A stretch of DNA of 64,000 nucleotides from Macrostomum lignano (lineage: Eukaryota), in the NCBI GenBank assembly GCA_002269645.1, contig NIVC01001228.1:124001-188000 (forward strand), read 5' to 3'. Under the pieces are notes generated by a model. It was not told the origin of the DNA. It ran no database searches and was given only the letters and a program-made list of their open reading frames with translations. The translations under genes and the position numbers were made by a program. How positions within the stretch are numbered: position 1 is the stretch's first letter; each line of letters begins with the position of its first letter. This document shows positions 14,893 to 29,090 of the stretch, in pieces.

Positions 14893-16440
14893 CTTGTAGA
14901 CCTGACTGTCCCGAGCCACACTCTCTAGAAAGCTAATGTCGATGGGCGAGACTGGAAAGGCCGGCGGATTGTCGTTTTCATCCTGGATGCTGACGTAGAC
15001 TGTAGCGGAACTGCTGAGCGACGGCGTGCCAGCGTCGCTGCACTCAATCGACACGGTATACTGGCTAATTAGTTCGCGATCAAACGATCTATTAGCGTAC
15101 AAATTGTAGATTTTATTATCCCTATTGTTCAGCTTGACCTCCAGGTAGAAAACTTGTCGCAGCTCGGATGGTCCAACCTGGCAGGTGACCGCCCCGTTGA
15201 GTCCGGGATCCCGATCGGAGACGTCCAGGGTGTGGATAAACAAAGGCACCGGGTTATTTTCAATGACGGATTTGTACTGATTGTCCAGATTGATTCTCGG
15301 ACGGTTGTCATTGGCGTCTAGCACGTTGACGGTGACTGTGGCGGTGACGCTGAAGGCCGGCTTGCCATTGTCTATGGCCGCAACCAGTAGCAAGTGCTGG
15401 CTAGCGGTCTCGTAGTCAAGTCCGTTGACGCGTCTCAAAGTGACCTCGCCGATAGAGTTGACGGCGAACAGCGGGTCGTCTCGGAGAAGCCGGTAGTGCA
15501 CCAGGCCGAAGTCGCTGTCGGCGTCAGTGGCCGAGAGTCGCAGCAGCAGAGCTGGCGGGTTGGCCTCGGACGCGTTCACGACAAAGACCTGACTAGGCGA
15601 CCAGACTGGCGAGTTGTCGTTGTGATCGTGCACCCGCACGGTCAGGGTTGCAGTGGCCGTTGCACCGCCAAGTCTGCTGGACGCAGCGATGCAGAACCGG
15701 TAGCGGGACACGGTCTCCTTGTCCAGATGGCGCATCAGCTGCAGCTCATATTCAGGAGGTCCCACGAATGAGGCGGTGGAAGACTGCTTCCTGACCAGCG
15801 AAAATGTCTTGTCGTATGCCGGACCGCCCGGTGAACACGGCGTCAAGCTGTAGACCAGCTGGCAGGTGGCGTGGCCGCCCTGATCCAAGTCCACAGCTCG
15901 CGGCAGCGGGATGGCGTGGCCCAGAGGACTATTCTCCCAGATCTCAGCCTCGGAAAGAGACCGGTCAAATTTCGGCGGCGAATTATCAATGTCGAGCACA
16001 TCGATCAGCAGCTCTAGAATGAGCAGCTCGGCCGGGTTGTCCGAATCCCTGATCTGGACCAGGCCGGATATCTGGCACGAGTCGGCCGGGTCCGAGTCGG
16101 AACAAGCCAGCGTCGAGATAGACGGAGGGCACAGCAGTTCGCGTCTCAGCTGAGACACCAACCGCAGTTCACCTGTTGACCTGTCCAGCGACAGACTTCT
16201 GGCCGCCATCGGGGGCTTCCTGACGATCAAATTGTATGAGATGGCGGACCACTGAGGCAGTCGGTTCAGCTGTGTCAATCGGGTCGACAGATTTTCGATG
16301 TCGATCGGCAGTCGCGAGTTCGATTCATCCGAAGTCTCCCTAACGTTGAGCTGCAGTCTGAATGGATCGGTTTGAACTGATCTGGCGGTTGCTAGTAGCA
16401 ACCAAATTAGGATTTGATGGTGTAGCGATGCTGGCGGCAT
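14893..16440 (-). CDS. Protocadherin (7 cadherin repeats, single TM), coding exon 1: signal peptide, EC1-EC4 and start of EC5
   Basis: ORF 14788..16440. N-terminal hydrophobic signal (ILIWLLLATA) and repeated cadherin motifs (DxD, LDxE, DxNDNxPxF/W). Ends at AAG|GTAAGT donor (14892-14891), phase 0. 1548 nt. A TTTCAG acceptor lies 30 nt upstream of the ATG (16471-16472). Confidence 0.93.
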
Positions 16441-16504
16441 GACTAGGGAGACTGGCGTTGCCCCTGGTTACTGAAATTATGATGGGAAGACTGCTTATGC
16501 GGGA

Positions 16505-16740
16505 TATTTCTCACTGAGATTATCGAGAGATTCTCACTGAGATTATGAATAGATTCTCACTGAGATGATCGAGAGATTCTCACCGAGATTCTCACTGAGA
16601 TTATCAAGAGATTCTCACCGAGATTCTCACTGAGATTATCAAAAGATTCTCACTAAGATTATCAAGAGATTCTCACTGAGATTATCAAGAGATTCTCACT
16701 GAGATTATCAAGAGATTCTCACTGAGATTATCACCGAGAT
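16505..16740. repeat. ~23-bp minisatellite (GAGATTCTCACTGAGATTATCAA)
   Basis: Visible. Confidence 0.9.
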
Positions 16741-17359
16741 TCATTTAGAGATAAATGTGACACAGGAAAACACTAGTGGGTCTATTTTATACCCCATAGT
16801 CAGTCACGAGAAGATCCCAGCAGTGAAACTCAACCCTAATTACTTATCCAAAAATATTGCTAGTTTAGTAGATTTGGTAGATTTGCCCCGGACAAGCGCA
16901 GCCTAATGACCCGACCAGCATGAATATAATAAATATGCATACAAGGTTAGAGAACACTTATTATATTACCTCCAATCGGATTACTATTGAAGTGAGCATC
17001 AGTGAGACGCAGGGTTTGCTCCACAATTCCACTTGACCGAACTTGACGAAGGGGCTGAGCCCGCGGATAAATATATTGGGGATTAATTCAGATGTTATCT
17101 CATTCCATCTTACAGTCAATCATGTAGCTGAAAGCTTTCAAGGTATCCGATGACCTTAAACACCTTTATGGCATCATTACTTGCCTCCGTTAAGATATTT
17201 GCAGTTCTGCAGATATGATAAATATTTGGATATGAATATAATTGTATTGCATTGAGTCACGGCTGTAGACTGAGAGTTCATTTGAGCTAATCATATTATA
17301 GATGAAGTTTTTGATAAATAGATCGCAACTGATGCGCTGGAATGCCTCATTCGAGACAG

Positions 17360-17770
17360 GGAATAGTCACTCCATTCTCACTCAATCAGTCACTCTATTC
17401 TCACTCAATCAGTCACTCTATTCTCACTCATTCAGTCACTCTATTCTCACTCATTCAGTCACTCCATTCTCACTCAATCAGTCACTCTATTCTCATGCTC
17501 ATTCAGTCACTCTATTCTCACTCATTCAGTCACTCTATTCTCATGCTCATTCAGTCACTCTATTCTCACTCAATCAGTCACTCTATTCTCATTCATTCAG
17601 TCCCTCTATTATCACTCATTCAGTCACTCTATTCTCACTCATTCAGTCACTCTATTCTCATGCTCATTCAGTCACTCTATTCTCATGCTCATTCAGTCAC
17701 TCTATTCTCACTCATTCAGTCACTCTATTTTCACCAATTCAGTCACTCTATTCTCACTCATTCAGTCACA
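17360..17770. repeat. 23-bp minisatellite (ATTCAGTCACTCTATTCTCACTC)
   Basis: Visible. Confidence 0.92.
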
Positions 17771-18214
17771 TTTTTATCCCTCACAGCTGGTTTGGATGAA
17801 GCTTCAGTAGATTTGAAGGAGGCTGGAGATGCTGGTGGGTTTATCCAGATCAGCTCTGACCCAAATTCAAGACTCATCTCAATTTCCTATCGCCTCCAAT
17901 TTTTTTGACTCTCAAAGGCGGCGGTCACAAAGAGATGCAGATCCGCCCCAGCCTCCGGGTTTTTTCGAATTTTGGAAAACTGGCATGATTGGGGGGGATA
18001 CGAGCTTGAAAAAGCCTGTCCGAGATCTGGGCGAAAAAAAATAATTTTCGAATAATAATTATTCGATACGAAAACTATGAATAATTAGCCGCCTTGGAGG
18101 TTGGCATCGAAAGACTTTTTTGCGATTTCCAGAGCTGAACTTTTCCTGCATCTTTTAAAGTGATTCATGTAGTGACAAAGCCTTTAAAATCCTCAATTAT
18201 GGCGGATTCTGGCG

Positions 18215-18645
18215 CCTGATGGACTCAAATGTGGCGCCTTCTCCCAAGGACTCAAATGTGGCGCCTTCTCCCAAGGACTCAAATGTGGCGCCTTTTCCCA
18301 AGGACTCAAATATAGCGCCTTCTCCCAAGGACTCAAATGTTGTGCCTTCTCCCAAGGACTCAAATTTGCAGGCGCCTTCTCCCAAGGACTCAAATATAGC
18401 GCCTTCTTCCGAGGACTCAAATGTTGTACCTTCTCCCAAAGACTCAAATTTGCAGGCGCCTTCTCCCAAGGACTCAAATGTGGCGCCTTCTCCCAAGGAC
18501 TCAAATTTGCAGGCGCCTTCTCCCAAGGACTCAAATATAGCGCCTTCTCCCGAGGACTCAAATGTGGCGCCTTCTCCCGAGGACTCAAATGTGGCGCCTT
18601 CTCCCAAGGACTCAAATGTGGCGCCTTCTCCCGAGGACTCAAACG
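18215..18645. repeat. 27/30-bp minisatellite (AGGACTCAAATGTGGCGCCTTCTCCCA)
   Basis: Visible. Explains ORFs at 18193-18779. Confidence 0.93.
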
Positions 18646-19449
18646 TGACGTATTCACATAACCTCTTGCTTAGAAGAAAAAAATTGAAACAAACATTCTC
18701 GAATTATATAAAAATTCGCATAGACGACAGAACCGCTAAAATACGTGTTTGGAATGGCAATGCTCTCAATGAATGCTAACGATATGTAAATATTTCTCTT
18801 CTGATGAGATAAGAGAAAAAAGCCACAATATTTTGTTATAATTCGGCTTTATCTTGTCCTGACCACGCTCGAACCGACTTGAACTCCAACCCAAGCCGGG
18901 AAGAACCAACTGCTGGTATAGCCATCCTTCAGGCACATAAGAGGATGCTTCACTTTTTGAATGATGCCTAAAGATTTATGGAAAGTCAGATGAGTGCCAG
19001 CTCTGATCCCAAAAGTCTCCAATCCAGATCTACGTTCGAAATCTCCTTGATCTTGAATTCTCAGACAGCGGAGAGAACGGAGAAACAAAAATCGAGTTGG
19101 TCACTTGCTGCAGCCAAGTTCGTGCAGATCTTGGCGCTTTTCTTATTTCAGAAATTTCTTGTCCTGGCATATATGGGATATTGGTTGCCGATCGAGAGGC
19201 GAGTTCTGCGCAACTCATTGATCAGTTGAGAGGGAAGAATTATAGAAGAGAATGAAATCTTCATCGAGAGGGATATCTGCATCGGGTATCTGCATATCGA
19301 TAAATGTCCAGCGATCATTATTCGACAAGATGGGCTCATCGGATATAATCTAACTTAATTCCGTTCAGATCGGATTTGCCGCGAGCGGAACCTTTGATAG
19401 AAAATCATGGGCTGCATTTTGCTGCGATATTGATGAGGGACAGGCTCCA

Positions 19450-20430
19450 CTAAAGAATCAGGGAGGGTATAGCGGCACCCACTGAAGAATCAGGGAGGGT
19501 ATAGCGGCACACACTGAAGAATCAGGGAGGGTATAGCGGCACCCACTGAAGAATCAGGGAGGGTATAGCGGCACACACTGAAGAATCAGGGAGGGTATAG
19601 CGGCATACACTGAAGAATCAGGGAGGGTATAGCGGCACACACTGAAGAATCAGGGAGGGTATAGCGGCACACACTGAAGAATCAGGGAGGGTATAGCGGC
19701 ACACACTGAAGAATCAGGGAGGATATAGCGGCACACACTGAAGAATCAGGGAGGGTATAGCGGCACACACTGAAGAATCAGGGAGGGTATAGCGGCACCC
19801 ACTGAAGAATCAGGGAGGGTATAGCGGCACACACTGAAGAATCAGGGAGGGTATAGCGGCATACACTGAAGAATCAGGGAGGGTATAGCGGCACACACTA
19901 AAGAATCAGGGAGGGTATAGCGGCACACACTGAAGAATCAGGGAGGGTATAGCGGCACACACTGAAGAATCAGGGAGGGTATAGCGGCATACACTGAAGA
20001 ATCAGGGAGGGTATAGCGGCACACACTGAAGAATCAGGGAGGGTATAGCGGCACACACTGAAGAATCAGGGAGGGTATAGCGGCATACACTGAAGAATCA
20101 GGGAGGATATAGCGGCACACACTGAAGAATCAGGGAGGGTATAGCGGCACACACTGAAGAATCAGGGAGGGTATAGCGGCACACACTGAAGAATCAGGGA
20201 GGATAAAGCGGCACCCACTGAAGAATCAGGGAGGGTATAGCGGCACACACTGAAGAATCAGGGAGGGTATAGCGGCACACACTGAAGAATCAGGGAGGGT
20301 ATAGCGGCACACACTGAAGAATCAGGGAGGGTATAGCGGCACACACTGAAGAATCAGGGAGGGTATAGCGGCACCCACTGAAGAATCAGGGAGGGTATAG
20401 CGGCAGGCACTGAAGAATCAGGGAGGGTAA
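19450..20430. repeat. 32-bp minisatellite (CACTGAAGAATCAGGGAGGGTATAGCGGCACA), ~30 copies
   Basis: Highly homogeneous period-32 array. Confidence 0.97.
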
Positions 20431-21215
20431 CAATGTGAATTGGGCCTTCCAATTTAAAAGCTTGAGTTTAAAAATGAGCTTTGAAGAAGTTTGGGCGGTG
20501 CGCGAAGCTATTGAACTGGACTGACTTGGAGTTTGACTGACTCAACAGTCCAGGCTGGTTGGCTGACTGACTGACTGGCTTAAGTGGATTTCGTTCAGAA
20601 ATTCTTACAGGTTCCTACAGGTCGCTAGCCGCCACCCCCCTCCCCAGCTTCCAAGTCCCCAACTAACTGCATCTTCAAGCGAGGAGGGCCGGGGGGGGGC
20701 ACTTCAAACCTAAAAAGCTGCTTTGCTTCTTGCTGCTTTCCGTCATGACTCGTGAGATGAGTTGGAGAGCTCAGCCAACCAACCCAGCCGTGCACACACA
20801 CACATACATACATACATATGACATTGCAATCCAGAACACTCCTAGAGGTACCTTCCAGCAGTTTGTTCCAAAGCTTTGCTGAGTTTGGAATAAGCGATGA
20901 GAGAGGCAGTAAGGAGAGGTTATGCCCGCTAGAGCCGCTAAACTATAATATTAGTTGAAGATTTCTGAATAAATATTTTATTGCTCCAAGGAGCAGAGGA
21001 GGCTGTTAGAAGTGGCTGCACGCCTCCCTTCCCGGGAGCCAGCAAAATTATGAAATTCATATAGAAAAAAACGGGAAAAACTCCAAGAGGAGAACAACCA
21101 AGCATTTCTCCCATTTTTTCTCTTTTTGTTGCCTCTGAAGACTTGCTAATTAAATAAAATTTGTTCCGCAAACTGCCTGCTGCCACCCATGCTGCTTTGA
21201 CTGTTTTTGAAGAAT

Positions 21216-21216
<1 letters not shown>

Positions 21217-21278
<62 letters not shown>
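21217..21278. repeat. (GA)n microsatellite
   Basis: Visible. Confidence 0.95.
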
Positions 21279-21282
<4 letters not shown>

Positions 21283-21589
21283 CTAGTCTACCAGAAGGAA
21301 AAGGAATAAATTTCTTGGAGTCTGCACCGCTACACTCCATCAGGGTTCTGAGTGGCGGAGACCCAGCAGCTGACTCATCGCTCACTGAGCCATTCATACC
21401 CGGCCCTCTGCCTCCCATACTCCCAGAGTCCCAACCAGAGATCTTTCTGCTTTTCTAATTGAATTTCGGCCTCCTGCCTTATTAAAGAATTTATTAATTG
21501 GCTTTGACAAAACCCTCCAACTAATAGAGAGAGGCCGGACAAGGGCCTTGTTTGCTTCTGGGAGACATGAAGGCTTTGGGATTTTGTCA

Positions 21590-22050
21590 GGTGAGAATAT
21601 TTAAATCATCACGCTTTTTGGATTCGCTGGGATCTGGGAAAGCGCGATGGCAAAGCAACTGAGAATCTGGGAGGCTGGCAGCCCAGCAACTGAGGATCTG
21701 GGAGGCTGGCAGCCCAGCAACTGAGGATGTGGGAGGCTGGCCCAGCAACTGAGGATCTGGGGGGCTGGCCTTAGCAACTGGGGATCTGGGAGGCTGGCCC
21801 AGCAACTGAGGATCTGGGATGCTGGCCCAGAGACGGGGGATCTGGGAGGCTGGCCCAGAGACGGGGGATCTGGGAGGCTGGCCCAGTAACTGGGGATCTG
21901 GGAGGCTAGTGGTCCAGCAACTGGGGATCTAGGAGGCTGGCCTTAGCAACTGAGGATCTGGGAGGCTGGCCCAGCAACTGAGGATCTGGGATGCTGGCCC
22001 AGAGACGGGGGATCTGGGAGGCTGGCCCAGAGAGGGGGATCTGGGAGGTT
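21590..22050. repeat. 28-bp minisatellite, inverted copy of the family at 1-320
   Basis: AGCAACTGAGGATCTGGGAGGCTGGCCC is the reverse complement of the unit at the window start. Confidence 0.92.
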
Positions 22051-22624
22051 GGTCTAATTGTCACGAGAATGGATGCCAGCTGACTACCCAGTTCGCTGCG
22101 CTAAGCTCAAACATATTACATTTGCCGGAATGGCAATAGCAGAGCAAACAAAGGAATGTATCTTCTACATCAATACTGAGCAGGCCCAGCTTCCTACCAG
22201 ACTCGCCCGAACGAATCCAGGGTTTTTTGTTAATTCAGCTTAGCAACACGTCACTCATTCATGGAGAGCTCCTCCTTATATTGCTTAGCAGTAAAAAACA
22301 GAAATTTTAGAAAATAAGCAGTAGGAAACTGCGCATCAATGCTGTTGGAAGTTCAGAGACCGTGCAAGGAGTCTAGCGGAGAGATGCTGCAGATGATGAG
22401 GCTCCACCCAAAGCACGACTCGGTTCGCCTGGCTGAATCCGTCGGTTGCAACAAAAACAAAGGAGGCTGCATGATGAAGCATTTTACGGGCCTCTTCTGT
22501 CGGAACATCGCTCCGATGCAGGGTTGCTCAGAGGATGCAATACAACATGCCGTTCGCGTCAATGTTTTGAAGAAGCCGCTTAGTGGGCCTTGAAAACCTG
22601 GGAGGTACTTTTGTACACTTACAG

Positions 22625-23530
22625 ACCCTCAGTTTCTCAGAGCCCTCAGTTTCACAAAACCCTCAGTTTCACAAAACCCTCAGCTTCACAAAAACCCTCA
22701 CTTTCACAAAACCCTCAGTTTCACAAAACCCTCAGCTTCACAAAACCCTCAGCTTCACAAAACTCTCAGCTTCACTAAACCCTCAGCTTCACAAAACTCT
22801 CAGCTTCACAAAACCCTCAGCTTCACAAAAACCCTCAGCTTCACAAAACCCTCAGTTTCACAAAACCCTTAGCTTCACAAAACTCTTAGCTTCACAAAAC
22901 CCTCAGTTTCACAAAACCCTTAGCTTCACAAAACCCTCAGCTTCACAAAACCCTCAGCTTCACAAAACCCCCAGCTTCACTAAACCCTCAGTTTCAAAAA
23001 AACTTTCAGTTTCACAAAACCCTCAGCTTCACAAAAACCCTCAGTTTCACAAAACCCTCAGTTTCACAAAACCCTCAGCTTCACAAAAACCCTCAGCTTC
23101 ACAAAACCCTCAGTTTCACAAAACCATCAGCTTCACAAAACCCTCAGTTTCACAAAACCCTCAGCTTCACAAAACCCTCAGCTTCACTAAACCCTCAGCT
23201 TCACAAAACTCTCAGCTTCACAAAACCCTCAGTTTCACAAAACCCTCAGCTTCACAAAACCCTCAGTTTCACAAAACCCTTAGCTTCACAAAACTCTTAG
23301 CTTCACAAAACCCTCAGTTTCACAAAACCCTCAGTTTCACAAAACCCTCAGCTTCACAAAACCCTCAGTTTCACAAAACCCTTAGCTTCACAAAACTCTT
23401 AGCTTCACAAAACCCTCAGTTTCACAAAACCCTTAGCTTCACAAAACCCTCAGCTTCACAAAACCCTCAGCTTCACAAAACCCTCAGCTTCACAAAACCA
23501 ATAGTTTCACAAAACCGCCAGCTTCTCAAA
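22625..23530. repeat. 17-18-bp minisatellite (AAAACCCTCAGCTTCAC)
   Basis: Visible. Explains ORF 22583..23572. Confidence 0.95.
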
Positions 23531-25379
23531 GCCCCTAATATTAAGAAAACTCAAACTACCAAGGAAAATTAACATTTCATATATACCATAAACTTTCGAT
23601 CTGATAACAATATTGACAGACTCTTCAAGGATGAACTTAATTCCTCCCCAGCTATACATTATCAAAGTGAAATGGCTTTCTATCCATAGATACTAGCATC
23701 TATTTTGATTGTCTCTTATCTCTTCAAGCCTGTCCAGATCAATCGTCTTTCGCCCGGAGCCCGCTCGCGTGTATCCGTGACGGAATTTGCTTCAGTACTT
23801 CTTTACTTAGCATAGTATTTAGATTAAAGAGTCAATTTGAGTTAAATCGCTAAATACTAGCGTCCCTACAATGTATGTATACAGGCACGTGTTGTACTAA
23901 TTCCCAACAGCACGCCTGGATAGATGGAGGCGTGCTGTGGGGAGAGGGAAAAGGTAAGAGAGAAGCAGAGAGGGAAAGGGAGAAGAGGGAGAGAGGGAGA
24001 GATTGAGATAGGGAGAGATAGAGAGCGGGAGAGAGGGAGAGGGAGAGAGGGAGAGAGGGACAGGTCTTCGGACCGCCCTGCAGCGAAGAGAGAGGGACAG
24101 GGAGAGATAGAGAGAAGGAGAGAGGGAGAGAGAGGGGAGGAGAGGTTGTTGGATTAACGCAAACTCACCATTATGTTATTCTATGGCCCAAAGTATGCAC
24201 TAGTATAAGTGCTCGGCCGCCCCGCGATAATAAATAAAATATAATAACCTACGGCCAGAATTAAGGCAGCATTGCTTGGGCGCATCAGCCCCAAAACAGA
24301 ACAGAGGGATAGATGGAGAGAGGGAAAGGAGAGACTGAGAGAGGGAGAGACTGAGAGAGGGATAGGGGGAGAGGAAGGGAGAGAGGTAGAGGGAGAAGGG
24401 GAGAGACAGAAGCACAGAGATCTGATAATAAAGCAGCTTAAACGGGCAGCATATATTATCCAGAAGAAGGCCGAAAAATCGATAATTCTGCTGCATGACT
24501 GGCGCTGCCACAGCAAATAGCTGGCCAAATATTTCACGGGCAGGTCAGCATCGCGTGCACCAGGACCCTGCCAAGATCCAGACTCGTCTCCAGTTATATT
24601 GATTTGATTGACACGAGGGTTTATACAGGCAGAGAGGTGGCAGCAGTGGCGCACACGCAGCAGACATTTTTCAACCAATTGAAACTAGGATCCGTGCAAG
24701 ACTGATGACAAATTGGAATACAAAAAAATCTTAAGCCTATAGTGCTTCTGCGAAAGAAGAAATTAGTATGAAGAATAAATCCGGAATCTCTATAGGCAGT
24801 CAACAAAAAGTATAGGGGTTATGGGGGCTGGAAGAGAGAGAGAGAGAGAGAAGCACAGCTGGGATTTCTGGTTGGGAATTTGATTTGAAGAAAAAGCGAG
24901 AACTATTGAGAGAAATTTCTTCATCAACGCATGAGGATGAAGGGGAGTGGAGGCTGATGAGACAGGAGGGAAGAGCGGGTCGACTCACTCACGGGCTGTC
25001 AAAGTGCGCATTGTGATTTGGCGCGATGGAAGAAGCATTTCTGCTTGACTCGAGAATTGCTGCATGAAGGACTCCAAGAAAATGTTGGGAATATAAGATT
25101 TGAGATTAGGCACACACTGGAACTGCGAGAGGCGCTTAATAGAGAGTCCACATGCAGAGCAAACAGAGTGAAATATATTTATTAATTATTACCTATTTAG
25201 CTAACACAGTAATAAAAATAGCGATATGTATCGAAATGACAGTTTGTTAAAAAAACTTTGAAGATGGCAGGAAAGAAGAAAAAAATTCGTTTTTTGTTTT
25301 AATGAACCTAATATTTTCGATTTGAAATTATATGTTTTTATATCTCAAAATTAAGCGCTAACTCTGAATTCTCCAGCCC

Positions 25380-25760
25380 AATCTCTAATTTTGGCGCCCA
25401 ATCTCTAATTTTGGCTCCTTATCTTTAATTTTGGCGCCCGATCTGTAATTTTGGCGCCCGATCTGTAATTTTGGCGCCCGATCTCTAATTCTGGCGCCCG
25501 ATGTCTAATTTTGGCGCCCGATCTCTAATTTTGGCGCCCGATCTCTAATTATGGCGCCCGATGTCTAATTTTGGCGCCCGATCTCTAATTTTGGCGTCCG
25601 AGATCTCTAGTTTTGGCGTCCGATCTCTAATTTTAACGTCCGAGATCTCTAATTATGGCGCTTGATCGCTAAATTTTGGCGCCCAATCTCTAATTTCGCC
25701 CCTACATGTATTCCATAAAATTGGTGTCCATTTAATAAATTTGGCACCCGATCTCTATTT
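25380..25760. repeat. 20-bp minisatellite (ATCTCTAATTTTGGCGCCCG)
   Basis: Visible. Confidence 0.92.
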
Positions 25761-26369
25761 GTCTCCCAATCAGCATCTTAGTGTCACAAAACTAATAATG
25801 TAATACATAATATTAACTAGTGTTTAACTACAGTATCGCATTTATGCTATATGCTCTATGCTCTATATGCTCTATAAAACTTGATTAGTAGGTGTCACAA
25901 GCCAATAAGCACATATACAAAAAGATTTGACGTACATGTACACCTTTCGTATCCAGAAGACTCAGAAAAAGAAGCCAATTGATTCTAATACTTTATCGGG
26001 GCTGTCCACTATAAAAGAGTCTGCGCTGGCATTGCACTGCCCCGATCAAATATTGACCAAGAAAACACCCTGCCATTGGTGTTCAGCTTTGCTTCTATGC
26101 ATAAATGCCCGAAGAAACTGATAAGAGGATTCGATAGTATGATTTACCTATCGCTAATAAGTATAGAGGTTTGTATAGCATGGCATATCTGGCTTCTGTG
26201 AACGCCCCCTCCCTATATTATAGTTGCTGATAAGGTATTGTATATTTATAAGAATGCCGTAAATTGAACTGGATTCTGTGTTAAGATATTCTTTTTAAAA
26301 TCAATTGGCATTTCTGAAAGACCGAGGATTCAGAAATAATAAATTCTTAATTAAAATAGATAAAATGGA

Positions 26370-26960
26370 TAGCTTCTCATAGAGAACAGATTACCGATTC
26401 TCATAGAGAATAAATGACGATTCTTATAGAGAATAGATGATTTGCATAGAGAATAGATGGCGATTCTCATAGAGAATAAATGACGATTCGCATAGAGAAT
26501 AGATGATTTGCATAGAGAATAGATGGCGATTCTCATAGAGAATAAATGACGATTCTTATAGAGAATAGATGATTTGCATAGAGAATAGATGGCGATTCTC
26601 ATAGAGAATAAATGACGATTCGCATAGAGAATAGATGATTTGCATAGAGAATAGATGGCGATTCTCATAGAGAATAGATAACGATTCTGACAGAGAATAA
26701 ATCGCGATTCTTAAATAGAATAGATGGCGATTCTGGACTCTCATTAGAATAGAGATTGTGATTCGCATAGAGAATAGATGGCGATTCTCAAAGAGAATAG
26801 ATGCGATTCTCGTATAGAAAAGGTGCCGATTCTCAAAGAGATAAGATTGCGATTCTTATATAGAGAATAGATGGAGATTCTCATAGAGAATATAAGGTGA
26901 TTCTCAATCTCATATAGAGAATAGATGGAGATTCTTATAGAGAAGTGATTGCACTAAAGA
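26370..26960. repeat. ~23-bp diverged minisatellite (ATAGAGAATAGATGGCGATTCTC)
   Basis: Visible, with higher-order structure. Confidence 0.9.
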
Positions 26961-27011
26961 GAATATATGCAGGAAGATTAAAACCCGGCAGGATAGATAA
27001 ATAGTATCAGC

Positions 27012-29090
27012 CAAGGACTACTTAAGTATCGTTTATAGAAGGACGCTGCACTCGCGGTTCGTGTAATTTTTTTTGAAGGCCAATTTTCGCCGAAAAATAC
27101 ATTAACGAGATACAAAAAATTCACGATTTTCATCTTCAATGGCTTGCTCAGACTGACTACAACCCTGCTGAAAAGAAAAAACTGCTGAAACTTATCAAAA
27201 AGACCTAGTGTATTCGCTCCTCTATTGTATTTCGCCAAGTTAGTGTCCTTGACACGTTTACTTTTAAATACTTCGTATTTTTTCGAGGGTTTTCAATTCT
27301 GTAATGTTAAATGTTAAAGGTTGGAATAAAGTGTTAGTTTCTCTCAATAATCAGTAGTTTCTTTAGCATTCTATGATGACTGCTTTCTATGTCTTTATTT
27401 TTTTGGTAAATTTAAATTAGCTATAGACATTCTATATTAAATGTTAGTCTATACCCTGGCTATGCCTGATATATAATAATATCTAGGGCCTACTATGCTT
27501 TTTTAGCATGTTCTACAAAAATGTTGTGTAGAAAGGACCTACTGATTAGTTTATGAGTAGATCGTTATAAAGTATTATTCTTAATTTGAAGGTAGATAGA
27601 TATTAGATACTTGCATATTGTATAGAAGGTACTAATTTTACTATTCTGTCAAATATCTGTAGATTAGGCTTCTTAAACGGTTCTACTGGATACAAAAGTT
27701 CTATTTTCAGACTTGTCTTGAAACTTTATATTTTATTTAAATGATAGGCCTAACAACATATTGAATTTATTTCTGCTGTTTGGAGAGCAGTTTTTTAACC
27801 TAGTCTAGTTTAATGGAACCAAGATATATTCAATACTCAGGCCTTGCATTGAATTTAAAATATAAATATTTATATATAGAAAGTGATTCTAAAGGAAAAT
27901 GCGTATAATAGACTTTAGAAGACAAATTTTCAACTTTAGTAATACTATTGAAGTGATTTAGTATAGAATTGATTATATTGGCCTGTTGGGATAAAAGCAA
28001 TACAGTATTGTAGCAATTTTTTTACTAGATATAATGTATAGAAGCTGTATATATTTCTTTTTGTTAGCTTCAGAATTTCTGCAATGCCAATGAAATGCTG
28101 TCTTCCAAAGTGTACAAGTAACTACAAATCTGGTGAGAAGGTGACAGTGTATAGCTTTCCAAAGGATAAAGAAGACTACAGCATGTGGATCCGAGCTTTG
28201 CCACCAAATGTTAAGGTATGGTGCTATTGCTGCTATTGCATATTCTTGTCTTGCTTAATTCACATGCTAATGGAACATTAGTACAATATGATATAATACT
28301 TACTGTTTTAGAGTCCATCTAAATACATGGGCATTTGCCAAAAACATTGGCATTCACATTCACGTCATTGAATATGCTTATGCTTTCATAAGTTGGTTTA
28401 TGCATCTGTTGCTGCTTTCATACGTTGGTTTAAACATTTGTTGCTGCTTTCATAAGTTGGTTTCTGCATTTTACTGCTGTTGCCTACCCAATAGTTGCCA
28501 CAGTTTCTATACACTATACACTATACACAGTCTTATATTTGCAGCCTTACATACATATTTGCCTTACTGTAGCTATCAATTGAGATTAAAGTACAATGAG
28601 CTGCTGTGCAACAAGCAACCAGTTCAGTTCAACATTTTTTGTTTCCAGTCCAACAACGATACATCGATTGTTATCAGCACTGGCATTGTGCCAGTTTCTC
28701 TGCTTTTGCTCTTTGTTATTTTATTGTTGAAAAGATCAGGGATGGCTTTTGAAAAGTACAGACTGACGGGCTTCGTTCTTTGTTAATCTCATCTCATTTT
28801 AATTGGATTACATTAGCTCAATTGTCGGAATTATCCTTTAAATATCCTAGCTTTATTGTTCTATAATAAAGAAGGGGGTAACAGTACCTTGCTGTACATT
28901 TCTCGCGAATACATGTAGTTGCAGCCGAAACTGTTCACTCATCTAAAAGAGGAATAAATTCTGAGCAACCCCGTGAAAAAACTAGACCTCTACATGCAAC
29001 CATTTAAAAATAACAGCATTTTGAAAAATGGCCTTCAAAAAAATCTACACCATTCGGGAGTGCAGCGTCCTTCTACTTAAGTAGTCCTTG
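27012..29090 (+). mobile_element. Non-autonomous P-element-superfamily DNA transposon (2079 bp)
   Basis: Perfect 17-bp terminal IR CAAGGACTACTTAAGTA, extended by imperfect subterminal IR (GAAGGACGCTGCACTC...TTTTTTGAAGGCCA). Exact 8-bp TSD GTATCAGC at 27004-27011 and 29091-29098. THAP remnant inside. Confidence 0.9.
28084..28371 (+). pseudogene. Truncated THAP zinc-finger (P transposase N-terminus), two exons 28084-28215 and 28312-28371
   Basis: MPMKCCLPKC...FPKD...W...|SPSKYMGICQKHW gives the C2CH THAP pattern after removing a GT-AG intron (28216-28311). Stop follows 7 codons after the His, with no AVP box and no catalytic domain. Confidence 0.75.

Noticed and set aside
18860-19350. Coding-like plus-strand stretch (KSPIQIYVRNLLDLEFSDSG...)
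   Set aside because: Interrupted by stops, with no start, no convincing splice sites and no recognisable domain.
19450-20430. 32-bp and other regular arrays as possible CRISPR arrays
   Set aside because: The units are directly adjacent with no unique spacers, there are no cas genes, and the context is eukaryotic.
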